NCBI GenBank assembly: GCA_027492035.1
Contig: JAOZFT010000004.1
Coordinates: 96,001 to 160,000 of the forward strand
Reading direction: 5' to 3'
Length of the DNA stretch: 64,000 bases
Origin: Thermoproteota archaeon
Lineage (GTDB): Archaea > Korarchaeota > JAOZGF01 > JAOZFZ01
The notes beneath the pieces are model-generated. The model searched no databases. It had not been told where the DNA came from and was given only the letters and a program-made list of their open reading frames with translations. Below are positions 1 to 9,677 of the stretch, in pieces. Each line of letters starts with the position of its first letter. Positions within the stretch are counted from its first letter, which is position 1. A program made the position numbers and the translations under genes.

Positions 1-463
1 TTGAAATTAAGGGTTTGTTGTTTTGAGGCTCCAATGAACAAAAGGGTTTCGGGAAGGCATACTCCAAACCTGTTTCCTGACATTCTCTTTCCAGCTGATT
101 TTTTAAACCCGTAGGAACTTCAGTAAAATCTTCAATAGGTACAATTAATCCTTTTACACCATTTTCCTTTAAATAGTAAGGAAGCTCCAGCAACAGGTCT
201 TTATGTAAACCAGAGGCTATACACAGATCAACCTCCGGAATTTTTTTAGGCATATACTCTTGAGGTTCATCAATAAAACCTGGTAATTCAGAGGGATTAG
301 GCAACTGTAAAGCTGCTAAAATATTACGAGCGTAAGTATACACACCGTATTTGCAAGAGTCACAATATAGGCCGCAGGCCTTGCAAAAACTTGGATCATT
401 CACTAAATTCCTTATTACACGTTCCATAAATTCTCCGCTGTAGATGAAGACTAATTTTAACAT
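1..463 (-). CDS. DUF166-like protein (partial, runs off window start)
   Basis: Manual translation from ATG 463: MLKLVFIYSGEFMERVIRNLVNDPSFCKACGLYCDSCKY...LPGFIDEPQEYMPKKIPEVDLCIASGLHKDLLLELP; resembles DUF166 with a CxxCxxxCxxC insert. Confidence 0.65.
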   Translation of the reverse strand, partial: MLKLVFIYSGEFMERVIRNLVNDPSFCKACGLYCDSCKYGVYTYARNILAALQLPNPSELPGFIDEPQEYMPKKIPEVDLCIASGLHKDLLLELPYYLKENGVKGLIVPIEDFTEVPTGLKNQLERECQETGLEYAFPKPFCSLEPQNNKPLIS

Positions 464-561
464 TTCCTAATCCACTTACCAATAAAGAAATTAAAACTGG
501 CTTTCCCTTTTCTAAAAAAATTAAATGTTTTAAATAAGGCCTTTAAACCGAATACTTTCAT

Positions 562-801
562 TTAATCAATTAATTGCATCACACCCTTTGGACAAGCTTT
601 TATACATTCCATACACCGTGTGCATTTACCGTAATCAATAACTGGTGGCTTAACCTCTTCTATAGCTGATTCAGAGCATGCATTTACACAATAGAAGCAC
701 CCATGGCAATTTCCTATTGCTGCAACATACACTTCCTTGTTGTATTTGTACTTATCTATTTCACTCCTAACTAGTGAACCAAAAAATACTTGTTTTCCCA
801 T
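562..801 (-). CDS. 2x[4Fe-4S] ferredoxin-like protein
   Basis: Two CxxCxxCxxxC motifs (CHGCFYCVNAC, CTRCMECIKACP). Confidence 0.85.
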   Translation of the reverse strand: MGKQVFFGSLVRSEIDKYKYNKEVYVAAIGNCHGCFYCVNACSESAIEEVKPPVIDYGKCTRCMECIKACPKGVMQLID

Positions 802-1038
802 TTAAACTCGTTATAAATAAGTTATAATAACAGTTTATAAAATTTTCTTAGATAAATACGGAAAAATTTTATTAGGTTTTCAAAAGAAGACGAAAAAGAA
901 AATTCAAAAAAGCAGATTTCTTACACTTCTTTTTAGAAAGGGTTCAATTATTACCTTTCTCAGTTTAAATTATTGAAGAATCTACCGAAGAAATTCTCAT
1001 ATCAGAACCCGAGGGACTGAAATGAACTTTCCCTATTT

Positions 1039-1599
1039 TTATGTTTCTTTTCCAACTGTAGAAACAGTAACAAAGTAGTCTTTCCCTACATGAAGAAGAG
1101 GCCTGAAAACTTTAAGGTTGTAAAGTCCTTCATTAGTTAAGTATTTTTCTTGGGCTTCAGCTAGAAGCACGTCAGCTAAGAAAAGGTCATGATCGCCTGC
1201 TTTAATAACTTCTCTAATCTTACATTCAATATAGGCGATACATTCCTTTATTCGGGGTGTTTCCACTTTTTCGCTTTTTTCAATCCTTAACCCTGCCTCC
1301 TTAAATTTGTCAACCTTTTCACCGGAAACACTTCCACAAAACAATGCCTGTTTCATTAAGTTGTATGAAGGAATGTTAACAACAAATTCTCTTGCCTCTT
1401 TGATTATTTTGTAAGAGAATCTAGTGGGTTTTATGCTTAATACTAGAATAGGGGGGTTCAAGCTAACAGGTGTTATCCATGCAACAGTTATAATATTTGT
1501 TTTGTTTGTTTCTTTATTTTTACATGTTATTAGTACTGTTAAACAGGGGTGAAGAAGGTAATTAAACTTATTTAATGGGATCTTAACCACACAATTCAC
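1039..1599 (-). CDS. Flavin reductase-like (flavoredoxin) protein
   Basis: NIITVAWITPVSLNPP, EFVVNIP, GSVSG..VDKF and GDHDLF motifs. Confidence 0.88.
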   Translation of the reverse strand: MNCVVKIPLNKFNYLLHPCLTVLITCKNKETNKTNIITVAWITPVSLNPPILVLSIKPTRFSYKIIKEAREFVVNIPSYNLMKQALFCGSVSGEKVDKFKEAGLRIEKSEKVETPRIKECIAYIECKIREVIKAGDHDLFLADVLLAEAQEKYLTNEGLYNLKVFRPLLHVGKDYFVTVSTVGKET

Positions 1600-1672
1600 C
1601 TCCGAAGTTTTTACTTGACAAGCTAGAAAATTTTGGCATCAGTAATAAGTTTCCTTTAATTTTTTAATTTAT

Positions 1673-2320
1673 TCAGCTTTCTTCAATTAATTTTTTACAT
1701 TTCTTAACAGCCTCAATCGCGTCTTTACCGTAGGAATCTGCACCTATTTCTTTGGCAAGGGTTTCAGATGTTGGTAACCCTCCAATTATGACCTTCACTT
1801 TGTTCCTTAAACCTGTTTTAATTAGTTCAGAAATAACTTCCCCCATTTCTTTAACTGTCACTGAAAGTAGAGCTGACAGTGCAAGTATTTTCGCTTTATT
1901 CTTTTTCACAGCCTCTACAAATTCTTCTTTAGGTACATCTACACCAAGATTTATAACATTGAAACCTGAGGCTTCAAGCATGGTTGCCACAAGGTTTTTA
2001 CCTATGTCATGAATATCCCCCCTTACGGTACCTATAACCACTGTATTTCTCACTACATTACTTCTTTTTTCAATGAGAGGCTTCATTTTTTCCATAGCCT
2101 CTTTAAACATTTCAGATGCTATTAACATGTCTGTTAGAAAGTATTCCCCCCTCTCAAACAGTTCACCGATTCTCTGCATCCCAGGTGTTAAGGCTTCAAA
2201 AATTATTTTTTGCACCATAACCCCCTTTTCTAAAGCTTCTTCAAGAAACTTAAAGAATTCTTTATGGTTCAATTCTATTAATTTCTCCTTTAATCCCTTA
2301 ATTAATTGGTTCTGCCCCAT
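1673..2320 (-). CDS. Corrinoid (B12-binding) methyltransferase cognate protein
   Basis: GDIHDIGKNLV cobalamin motif, cap domain GELFERGEYF, LSALL and IIGG; start placed at ATG 2320. Confidence 0.92.
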   Translation of the reverse strand: MGQNQLIKGLKEKLIELNHKEFFKFLEEALEKGVMVQKIIFEALTPGMQRIGELFERGEYFLTDMLIASEMFKEAMEKMKPLIEKRSNVVRNTVVIGTVRGDIHDIGKNLVATMLEASGFNVINLGVDVPKEEFVEAVKKNKAKILALSALLSVTVKEMGEVISELIKTGLRNKVKVIIGGLPTSETLAKEIGADSYGKDAIEAVKKCKKLIEES

Positions 2321-3351
2321 AACTCCCAAGCCCTTCTCAGCTTCAGTATTTTCTCAAAAACGTTTTCCTCCCTAAAAGTTCTACCAGGGTAAGGCCTGTG
2401 AGTATTTGAAAGAACTAATTTCTTTTTCCCATGCTTCTTTAGGAGTTTTTCAGGTATTGACAAGAAATGTTCAGGTGTTAAATCATCTCTAAAAAGCAAA
2501 TCAACCGGTAAACCCGTCATAAAAACTGTTTCCTTCACTTGCTGCCTGGCTTTCGCAACTAAGTCAACCCATTTTAGAGCATCACTTAAGGTTGATTTAA
2601 CGCTTAAGTCTAAGGGGTGAAGTGCATCGTAGAATTTGCTCAACTTAGTTATGAAGTTCTTTCTTGTAATGTCGCCGTCACTATGTAGAATACTTAGTTT
2701 CCCTTCCCTTTTTATTTCGGCTGTAAATTTTTTATGCCAAGGAAAATAAAGTTTCATAAAAAATTCAGGCCGGTAATTAGGTCCACTGTAACTGCATGCG
2801 TCGTCAGCAACCCTTACAGCATCCACCCACTCAATTTCTAAACCTACCTTAATAAGTTCCAGTATATATTTTGAAACCTTGCTATAAAGTTCACTTGCCT
2901 TCTGCGGATTTAGTTTCGTAAGAGAAGAGAAATCGAAACGATGGAAAGATAATTCAGTCTGGGTTGAGGGTTTAAATTGTTCCGGTGCACACATGTACTC
3001 ACACTGCTCCGTGGGGCCAAGAACCTCAAACACAACAAATTTTTCCTTTGCATAATTTGAAACCTGTTTCTTAAACTTCTCCACAGCTGAAGACACGACA
3101 TAACTTACTTCAGGCCATTCATACTTCTCTATTTCCATTTCATCAGCCCATTCAAAAATGCTTTGATTGTTTCTCCTACAAAATGGGCCTTTCTCTCTAA
3201 GGAAAACGGACCATTGGGGAATCCAAGCATAGCCCAGAACTAAATCACTGAATTCAGCTTCAAATTCTTTATCTAACGTTTCAAGATGCAAAGGCACTCT
3301 GCCAGTTTCTTCACCATTAAAAACTTTAATTACAAGGTCTCTGCTGTCCAT
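2302..3351 (-). CDS. Uroporphyrinogen decarboxylase/methylcobamide methyltransferase (MT2)-like protein
   Basis: MDSRDLVIKVFNGEETGRVP N-terminus, ADD, ILHSDG, HPLD; overlaps the corrinoid gene; likely start ATG 3351 rather than the ORF-track start. Confidence 0.7.
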   Translation of the reverse strand: MDSRDLVIKVFNGEETGRVPLHLETLDKEFEAEFSDLVLGYAWIPQWSVFLREKGPFCRRNNQSIFEWADEMEIEKYEWPEVSYVVSSAVEKFKKQVSNYAKEKFVVFEVLGPTEQCEYMCAPEQFKPSTQTELSFHRFDFSSLTKLNPQKASELYSKVSKYILELIKVGLEIEWVDAVRVADDACSYSGPNYRPEFFMKLYFPWHKKFTAEIKREGKLSILHSDGDITRKNFITKLSKFYDALHPLDLSVKSTLSDALKWVDLVAKARQQVKETVFMTGLPVDLLFRDDLTPEHFLSIPEKLLKKHGKKKLVLSNTHRPYPGRTFREENVFEKILKLRRAWELWGRTN

Positions 3352-3553
3352 TATTGCACCCAGCAATTTTCGGATACAGAAAATCTCTTCTAAAATAAAA
3401 CTTAAACAAAACTCTTTAAAATCCTTTATCAGTACAAAATATTTCCCATTTAAAAATGTAGTATTGGAAATGTGAAACTGAAAGTGTTGACTAAAACAAA
3501 TTAAAGGATATAGAGGAAAATGAAAAAAATTCCTACAGTGGGGGAGTGTCTGT

Positions 3554-4108
3554 ATGATTTGGGAGTATTTGTTAATTGGGTCAGCGTTTGGTGCATTCAT
3601 AGGTTACTTAGCTAACCGCATAGCCGTTTGGATGCTTTTCCATCCAATTAAACCCTTAAAAATAGGGCCCGTAGTAATGCAAGGTATTTTTCCAAAGAAG
3701 AAGAGGGAAATAGCTGAAAGAATTGCTTTAGTTATATCTGAGAAAGTTATGTCAGGGGAGGAAATAATAAAGTTGACAACAGAGGCTGTTGAAAAGGAAC
3801 TAAGTCAAAGAAAGTTGTTTTTTCCTTTTCCGTCATTCACAACCTTTAGAGAAGTAATAAACGCCATAGTTAAGGCCACAGTAACAAATTTTATGAAAAG
3901 CTTCCTCTTCCTTAAAGGGACAGAAGAAAACATTAACATTAAAGAATATATTCTGGAGAAATTTGATGAATTCAGCAATGAAGAATTCGAAAAAGTATTC
4001 AAAGAAGCAGTGGGTAAAGAGTTAAATTATATTTCAATAAATGACGCAATAATAGGGGGAGTTGTAGGGATCATAGAAGTCTCCCTCCTAACTATCCTTC
4101 ACATTTGA
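3554..4108 (+). CDS. DUF445 family membrane protein
   Basis: GAFIGYLANRIAVWMLFHP..QGIFPK and EL.YI...AIIGGVVG signatures. Confidence 0.85.
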   Translation: MIWEYLLIGSAFGAFIGYLANRIAVWMLFHPIKPLKIGPVVMQGIFPKKKREIAERIALVISEKVMSGEEIIKLTTEAVEKELSQRKLFFPFPSFTTFREVINAIVKATVTNFMKSFLFLKGTEENINIKEYILEKFDEFSNEEFEKVFKEAVGKELNYISINDAIIGGVVGIIEVSLLTILHI

Positions 4109-4353
4109 GCCAGACCTCCCAAAACTGAGAACTTCTAAACCTTTCAAAATTTTAACCCCTTACTTAATGTTTTTGGACATGCCCTGAAATAAGTGGGAAA
4201 ATAGAAAAAGGAGAAATAACTTTTTTGAAGCCTAAAAACAAACTGTGAAGCGGGATTACTGCATAGTTGAAATAAGGAACAGGAAAGTTGTAGACGTAAA
4301 GTTTGAGAACTTGTTCCCGAAAAAGAAGAGATGAAAAAGAGGGAATAGGGGTT

Positions 4354-5118
4354 ATGAGGATAGGGGAGTGGTTAAAAATTTACAGAAGAATAGCCGAAGA
4401 CTTCGGTTTTGATATGAAAAAAGACCAAGTAGCAAGTTATATTCTTTCATCCCTCTTAGATTCAGATCACTTGTTCGAACTCACTGCAAAAATTAGAAGG
4501 AAGCCGTGTTTAGTTTTCGGTGCAGGGCCTAGCCTGGCAAAAGATTTCAAAAAAGCATTGAGGCTAGGAGCTACCGAAAAAACAGTTACTGTTTGCGCAG
4601 ATGACGCTGTAACAGTTTTTAAGCAACATAAAACCAAATGTGACGTAATAACTACGGACCTAGATGGGGATTTACAAAATTTAAAGTGGATGTTTCAACA
4701 AGGGTCTTTGTTTGTTGTACATGGTCATGGCGATAACATTAAAAAGCTTAAGGAAATTGTGCCTTTACTGAAGAGCAGAGTTGTGGGTTCAACACAAGTT
4801 TTCGAGACGCCACGCGTCCATAACTTCGGTGGTTTCACAGATGGAGACAGGGCTGTCTTTTTATGTACAAGTTTAGGAGCTTCAAAAGTGGGTTTGTTGG
4901 GGATGGATTTTAGGGGAGAGATAGGGAGTTACTCTATCAAGGATTTAGATAAGGTTAAAGACCCTTCTTGGGAAGACAAAAAAAGGAAAAAGTTGAAATG
5001 GGCTGAAGAATTAATTTCTATTTTGGTTAAAAAAGAAAGGGTGCCAATTTATAACCTATCTAAAACATGTATTAAAGACGTGCCAAATCTAGGGCTTAGA
5101 AAGTTTTTAGGTGAGTAA
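4354..5118 (+). CDS. mptE: 6-hydroxymethylpterin diphosphokinase MptE (DUF115)
   Basis: FGAGPSL, TDLDG, HGHGDN and NFGGFTDGDRA motifs; start placed at ATG 4354. Confidence 0.88.
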   Translation: MRIGEWLKIYRRIAEDFGFDMKKDQVASYILSSLLDSDHLFELTAKIRRKPCLVFGAGPSLAKDFKKALRLGATEKTVTVCADDAVTVFKQHKTKCDVITTDLDGDLQNLKWMFQQGSLFVVHGHGDNIKKLKEIVPLLKSRVVGSTQVFETPRVHNFGGFTDGDRAVFLCTSLGASKVGLLGMDFRGEIGSYSIKDLDKVKDPSWEDKKRKKLKWAEELISILVKKERVPIYNLSKTCIKDVPNLGLRKFLGE

Positions 5119-5146
5119 TGGCTTCAGTTGCGGAGGGGGGAGAAAC

Positions 5147-6295
5147 ATGACCACTTCAAGTTTGAGCAAGACAGAGTTTTTGAATGAAGTTGGTAAATTC
5201 GTTTCTGAGAGGATAGCTCCTTTAAGCAGGGAGATAGATGAGAGAAATGAGTTTCCGAAACTTCTTTATAAAGAAATGGGTGAAAAAGGCATTCTTGGAG
5301 TGACGGTTCCAAAAAAGTATGGGGGAAGAAATTACGGTTTCCCTATTTATTTAAAGGTGGTGGAAAGGGTTGCTAGGGAGTCTTCAGCCGTTGCAGCCTC
5401 AATAGCCACTCATGAAATGTTAACGTATATTTTGTTGAAACACGGAACAGAGAAGCAGAAAGAAAAATATTTAACCAGTTTAGTTAATGGGGAAATGGTT
5501 GGTGGTTTCGCTATGACTGAACCATGGGCAGGAAGCGACGTAAACAGTATATCAACTTCTGCAGAAATAAGGGAAGATACAATAATTATTGATGGTGTGA
5601 AGAAATTTATTTCAAACGGCACATTTGGAGACTTGTTTGGGGTTGTTGTGAAGACTGGTGAGTTGGGGAAGGGAAGGGCTGAACTTTCGTTTGTTTTGGT
5701 AGAGAAAAAGGATCCAGGGTTTAAAATGGAGGAGAAACTTGATTTATCAGGTAATAGGGGGTTAGGAGTAGCTAAACTTGTTTTTAACAACTGTGAAGTG
5801 GAGAGAGGTAAATTAGTTGGTGAAAAGGGGGAAGGTTTTAAGATAATTATGGATGCCTTGCTCCTTGGCAAGCTTTCCTATGCAGCTATAGCATTGGGTT
5901 TAATGGAGGAAGCTGTGAATCTTTGTCTTAGTTACACGAGAGAAAGAAAGCAATTTAATCAGCCTTTGTTTAATTTCCAAGCCGTGAATTTCACCATAGC
6001 TGAAATGGCGACAGAGTTTGAGGCATCTAAGGCTTTACTTGAGAAAGTTGCATCGAAGTGGGGGAGGGATGAAAACTTAAACTTCTATGCTTCAGTGGCT
6101 AAGTTATTCATAACAGGAAAGGCTTGTGAAACAGCGCTGAAAGCTGTTCAGTTACATGGTGGACGGGGTTACTTGAGAGGTGAAAAAGTTGAAAAACTGT
6201 ACCGTGACGCAAAAGGGTTAGAAATAGGTGAAGGAACTTCAGAAATTCAGAAAAGAATAATAGCTAGGGAACTTTCAAAAATGGGGATGGTTTAA
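5147..6295 (+). CDS. Acyl-CoA dehydrogenase
   Basis: FAMTEPWAGSD, QLHGGRGY, YRDAK..EIGEGTSEIQ. Confidence 0.93.
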   Translation: MTTSSLSKTEFLNEVGKFVSERIAPLSREIDERNEFPKLLYKEMGEKGILGVTVPKKYGGRNYGFPIYLKVVERVARESSAVAASIATHEMLTYILLKHGTEKQKEKYLTSLVNGEMVGGFAMTEPWAGSDVNSISTSAEIREDTIIIDGVKKFISNGTFGDLFGVVVKTGELGKGRAELSFVLVEKKDPGFKMEEKLDLSGNRGLGVAKLVFNNCEVERGKLVGEKGEGFKIIMDALLLGKLSYAAIALGLMEEAVNLCLSYTRERKQFNQPLFNFQAVNFTIAEMATEFEASKALLEKVASKWGRDENLNFYASVAKLFITGKACETALKAVQLHGGRGYLRGEKVEKLYRDAKGLEIGEGTSEIQKRIIARELSKMGMV

Positions 6296-6568
6296 ATGAG
6301 TGAGAAAGAAAAAGAGGAAAAAGTTGGGGAGGAATTACCTGTTTCAGAAAAACTGAAAGTAATTAAAAGCGTTACCCTTTACAAAACAAAGAAGTGGTGG
6401 TCTGCAGCAGCATTAATTGATTCCTTTGGAAGAAAACAAGTCGCCCTTTACGTTTGGCTAAACAAGAACGGTAAATGGAAGAGGAACCAGAAATTCGTGG
6501 TTCATAGCAAGAAGGAATGGAACGATGTTCAAAGAACTGTTGAAAAATTAATTTCTGAAATTGAATGA
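6296..6568 (+). CDS. Small Trp/Lys-rich hypothetical protein (possibly PC4-like fold)
   Basis: 90-aa ORF abutting the ACAD stop; beta-rich segment followed by a C-terminal helix. Confidence 0.6.
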   Translation: MSEKEKEEKVGEELPVSEKLKVIKSVTLYKTKKWWSAAALIDSFGRKQVALYVWLNKNGKWKRNQKFVVHSKKEWNDVQRTVEKLISEIE

Positions 6569-6572
6569 CACT

Positions 6573-7643
6573 TTACACATTTTCCAAATTGAAAACTATT
6601 CCTTTTTTAAAAAATTGTTTGGTTTTAAGTAATTTGACAATTTCCTTTAAAATTTTTGTTACTTGGCCGACAAGTGATAACTCAGCTATTTTTAGGGCAG
6701 GGTTGTCTCTTTTTCCTGTAACTGCAAGTACGTGTTCAGGTTCAAACCAGTAAAGGTTTTCAAACGTCCCCATTACGCCCCAAAGAATTAAAAGTTTAGG
6801 TTTCAATTTTCTATCCACGTAGTTGAAAGCTTTTTCTTCAGAAGCGAACATATTCGAAGCTGCAAAGGAAGGTATTACTGAAGCACCTATTAATTCTCCG
6901 AATTCTTTAAGCAGCAGAAAATTCTCTTTCTCCCCAAGTTCAAGCCCGCCGCAGACAATTACTTCCTGTTCAGCGAATTTTCTTTCTTCTATACATTCTT
7001 TACCTACTATTTCCGTTTTTAAAACTCCTAAGTCTTTAATTTCTATCATTGATGATGAACCGTACCTGAATTCATCCTTGAAAGGCTCCGGTAAATTTTC
7101 AACTTTGACAGTAGCAATTTGCGGCTTAGTTTTAGGAGTTATAGCTTCAATTTTCTGTTTAGAATTGAAAATTGATTTAGTTTGTATGAGTAATCTGTTG
7201 ACAGTATCTAAGGACAAATCCTCTACTTCTGTTACAGCGCCGGTTTTTAAAGCCGCTGACAATTGCCCTGCTAAACTTACCCCTAAATCTGTGTGAGCAA
7301 AAAGTAGAACTTCTGGTTTCTTCTCTTTAACTATTTTTTCCAATGCCTTCTTATAAACTTCCAATGTTTCGTTTATTTCCCCCTTTAATTTTATTAAGTA
7401 AACAGTATCTGCTCCATAACTTATTAATTCCTTACTTCCCTGTGTTTCTTGTGAGAAACATATTGCTTCAACTTTTGTTCCGAGCATGTTAGCTAGTTCT
7501 CTTGCTTTACCAAGCACCTTGATTGATTTTTTTGAGAAAGTACCCCTCTCTTGCTCAATAAGAACCCAAATGTTTCGGTAGTCTCCTGATTTAATTTCTT
7601 TCTGCACAATACTTTCCAAATATTTTTCTTCAGCTGGAATCAT
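6573..7643 (-). CDS. etfA: Electron transfer flavoprotein alpha subunit (divergent)
   Basis: YRNIWVLIEQ, LISYGADTVY, KPQIATV; start placed at ATG 7643; C-terminal FAD motifs are degenerate. Confidence 0.82.
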   Translation of the reverse strand: MIPAEEKYLESIVQKEIKSGDYRNIWVLIEQERGTFSKKSIKVLGKARELANMLGTKVEAICFSQETQGSKELISYGADTVYLIKLKGEINETLEVYKKALEKIVKEKKPEVLLFAHTDLGVSLAGQLSAALKTGAVTEVEDLSLDTVNRLLIQTKSIFNSKQKIEAITPKTKPQIATVKVENLPEPFKDEFRYGSSSMIEIKDLGVLKTEIVGKECIEERKFAEQEVIVCGGLELGEKENFLLLKEFGELIGASVIPSFAASNMFASEEKAFNYVDRKLKPKLLILWGVMGTFENLYWFEPEHVLAVTGKRDNPALKIAELSLVGQVTKILKEIVKLLKTKQFFKKGIVFNLENV

Positions 7644-7659
7644 TTCCCAATCATCCCTT

Positions 7660-8427
7660 TCAGTATTTTTCAAGTTGCTTGAGCAGGTAGTGGGCAAGTT
7701 GCTTAGGTTTACCTTCAAGTATCTGTGGCCTTTTTTTTGTTTCAGAGGGCAGAAACTTCTTTTTCACTTTTGTCACTGCTTCCCTCAAAGCCTCTTCTTT
7801 TATGTTTAAATCTTTAACTGTTAAAACCTTAATTTCTTTTTTGTAGGCTTTATGTATTTCCCAAGAGGTTTGGTACCTTTTTGGGAAAGAGTTTTCTTGA
7901 ATTGTTAAAAGAGCCGGGAGATGAGTGGAAACTTGAATTATTTGGTCTTGAAATTTAGCTTTCACAGTTAATTCTCTCTTCTCAATCCTGATTTCTTTAA
8001 CATTAGGTATAAATGGGATATTAAGTAATTCAGCCATTTGCGGACCTGTTAAACCGCTACGGTAATCTTGACTTGTTTTTCCGCACAGAATTAAGTCGAA
8101 ACCTATTTTCTTCATTGCTTCTGATAAGAGGTATGATTGTGAGAGAGAATTCAGTTCACCCAGCGATGGTGCATTCACCATAACTCCTTCATTTATTCCG
8201 AAAGATAATGCTTTACGCAAAACGTTTTCAGCTTCAGGGTTGCCTAAGCATAAAGCTATAACGTGGGCGTTGATTTCCTTTTGTAAGTAAAGTGCAGCAT
8301 CTATTACAAACTTGTCATATGGGTTTATGGTTAAGGGCACATCGTCTAGAAGCAATGTTTCTGTTCTTTTATGCACCTTTACTTTTTCAGGGTTGTAAAT
8401 TGGTTTTATACAAGCTACTACTTTCAT
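7660..8427 (-). CDS. etfB: Electron transfer flavoprotein beta subunit
   Basis: MKVVACIK, INPYD, DLILCGKTSQD..SGLTGPQMAELL, LPALLT. Confidence 0.88.
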   Translation of the reverse strand: MKVVACIKPIYNPEKVKVHKRTETLLLDDVPLTINPYDKFVIDAALYLQKEINAHVIALCLGNPEAENVLRKALSFGINEGVMVNAPSLGELNSLSQSYLLSEAMKKIGFDLILCGKTSQDYRSGLTGPQMAELLNIPFIPNVKEIRIEKRELTVKAKFQDQIIQVSTHLPALLTIQENSFPKRYQTSWEIHKAYKKEIKVLTVKDLNIKEEALREAVTKVKKKFLPSETKKRPQILEGKPKQLAHYLLKQLEKY

Positions 8428-8431
8428 TTTT

Positions 8432-9655
8432 TCAGAGACCTCTCTCAACTATGTCTCGTGCAATAATCCATCTTTGGATTTCGTTGGTTCCTTCATAAAT
8501 TTCTCCTATTATGGAGTCTCTGAAAGCTTTCTCTACAGGTAATCCTTCAGTGTAGCCTAAGGAGCTGTAGAGTTGAAGGGTTCTTTCAATTGCCCGTGAA
8601 GCAGTTTCTGAACTTAACGCTTTAACCATTGCAGAGTACCTTGACACTTTCTCCCTGAAGGCTCGAGACACCTTTTCTTTGTTGGCTATTTTGTGAAAGT
8701 ACTGTTCAACCATTGCCACTGTTTGGTAAACTAAATGCCTCGCTGCTTCGTATTCTATCGCTGAGTTAGCTATGAACCATTGAACCATTTCTTTATCCCC
8801 TATTTTTCTATCTAACTTATCGTTTAGTTTCACGTATTCAATCATTTTCTCTATTGCCCACCTGGTTCCTCCTAAAGTGCCTGCTGACAGGGTGGCTCTT
8901 CCCCCATCAAGAGCAGTTAAAGCTACAATGAAACCGTAACCTACTTTCCCTAAAACGTTTTCTTCAGGTACTCTGCAGTTGTCAAAAACTATTTCATTTG
9001 TAGGAGCTGCTCTAATGCCCATTTTCTTCTCTTTCACACCTACTTTAAACCCTGGGAAATCTTTTTCAACTATGAAAGCAGTTATTCCTCCCCTTGCACC
9101 TAAAGCCTTGTTCGTAGCTGCAAAAACTAAAAAAACATCTGCTATTTCTCCGTTTGAAATAAACATTTTAGTTCCGTTTAAAACGTATTCACCCCCATCC
9201 TTTTCAGCTGTTGTTTGGATATTGGCTGCGTCACTTCCAGCTTCAGGTTCAGTTAACCCGAAGGCACCTATTTTTTCTCCTTTACACATTGAAGGTAAAT
9301 ACTTTTCTCTTTGTTCTTCATTTCCAAAAAGCCAGATTGGAACCAGGCAAATGCCTGTATGGGCACCTATAATTGTTGCGTGAGCATTATCCACTCTCGC
9401 AAGCTCCTCTAACATTATTGAGTAACCTATTTCTCCAAATCCAGCTCCACCATATTTTTCAGGGATAGGTACACCAAAGAAACCTGCCTTCGCCAGCTTT
9501 TTTATGGTGACTGTCGGAACCTTTTCCAATTTATCATACTTACCCACGTAAGGAACAACTTCGTTTTCCAAAAATTCCTTCACAAACTCCCTGAAACACT
9601 CCTGCTCTTTAGTGAATGAAAAATCGAAAGGCAAGAGCAACCCTCCTTTTTCCAA
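8432..9655 (-). CDS. Acyl-CoA dehydrogenase
   Basis: AFGLTEPEAGSDA, LNGTKMFISNG, KMGIRA, EIYEGTNEIQR. Confidence 0.95.
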   Translation of the reverse strand: MEKGGLLLPFDFSFTKEQECFREFVKEFLENEVVPYVGKYDKLEKVPTVTIKKLAKAGFFGVPIPEKYGGAGFGEIGYSIMLEELARVDNAHATIIGAHTGICLVPIWLFGNEEQREKYLPSMCKGEKIGAFGLTEPEAGSDAANIQTTAEKDGGEYVLNGTKMFISNGEIADVFLVFAATNKALGARGGITAFIVEKDFPGFKVGVKEKKMGIRAAPTNEIVFDNCRVPEENVLGKVGYGFIVALTALDGGRATLSAGTLGGTRWAIEKMIEYVKLNDKLDRKIGDKEMVQWFIANSAIEYEAARHLVYQTVAMVEQYFHKIANKEKVSRAFREKVSRYSAMVKALSSETASRAIERTLQLYSSLGYTEGLPVEKAFRDSIIGEIYEGTNEIQRWIIARDIVERGL

Positions 9656-9677
9656 GAATTTTTCTCAGAAAAAACGT

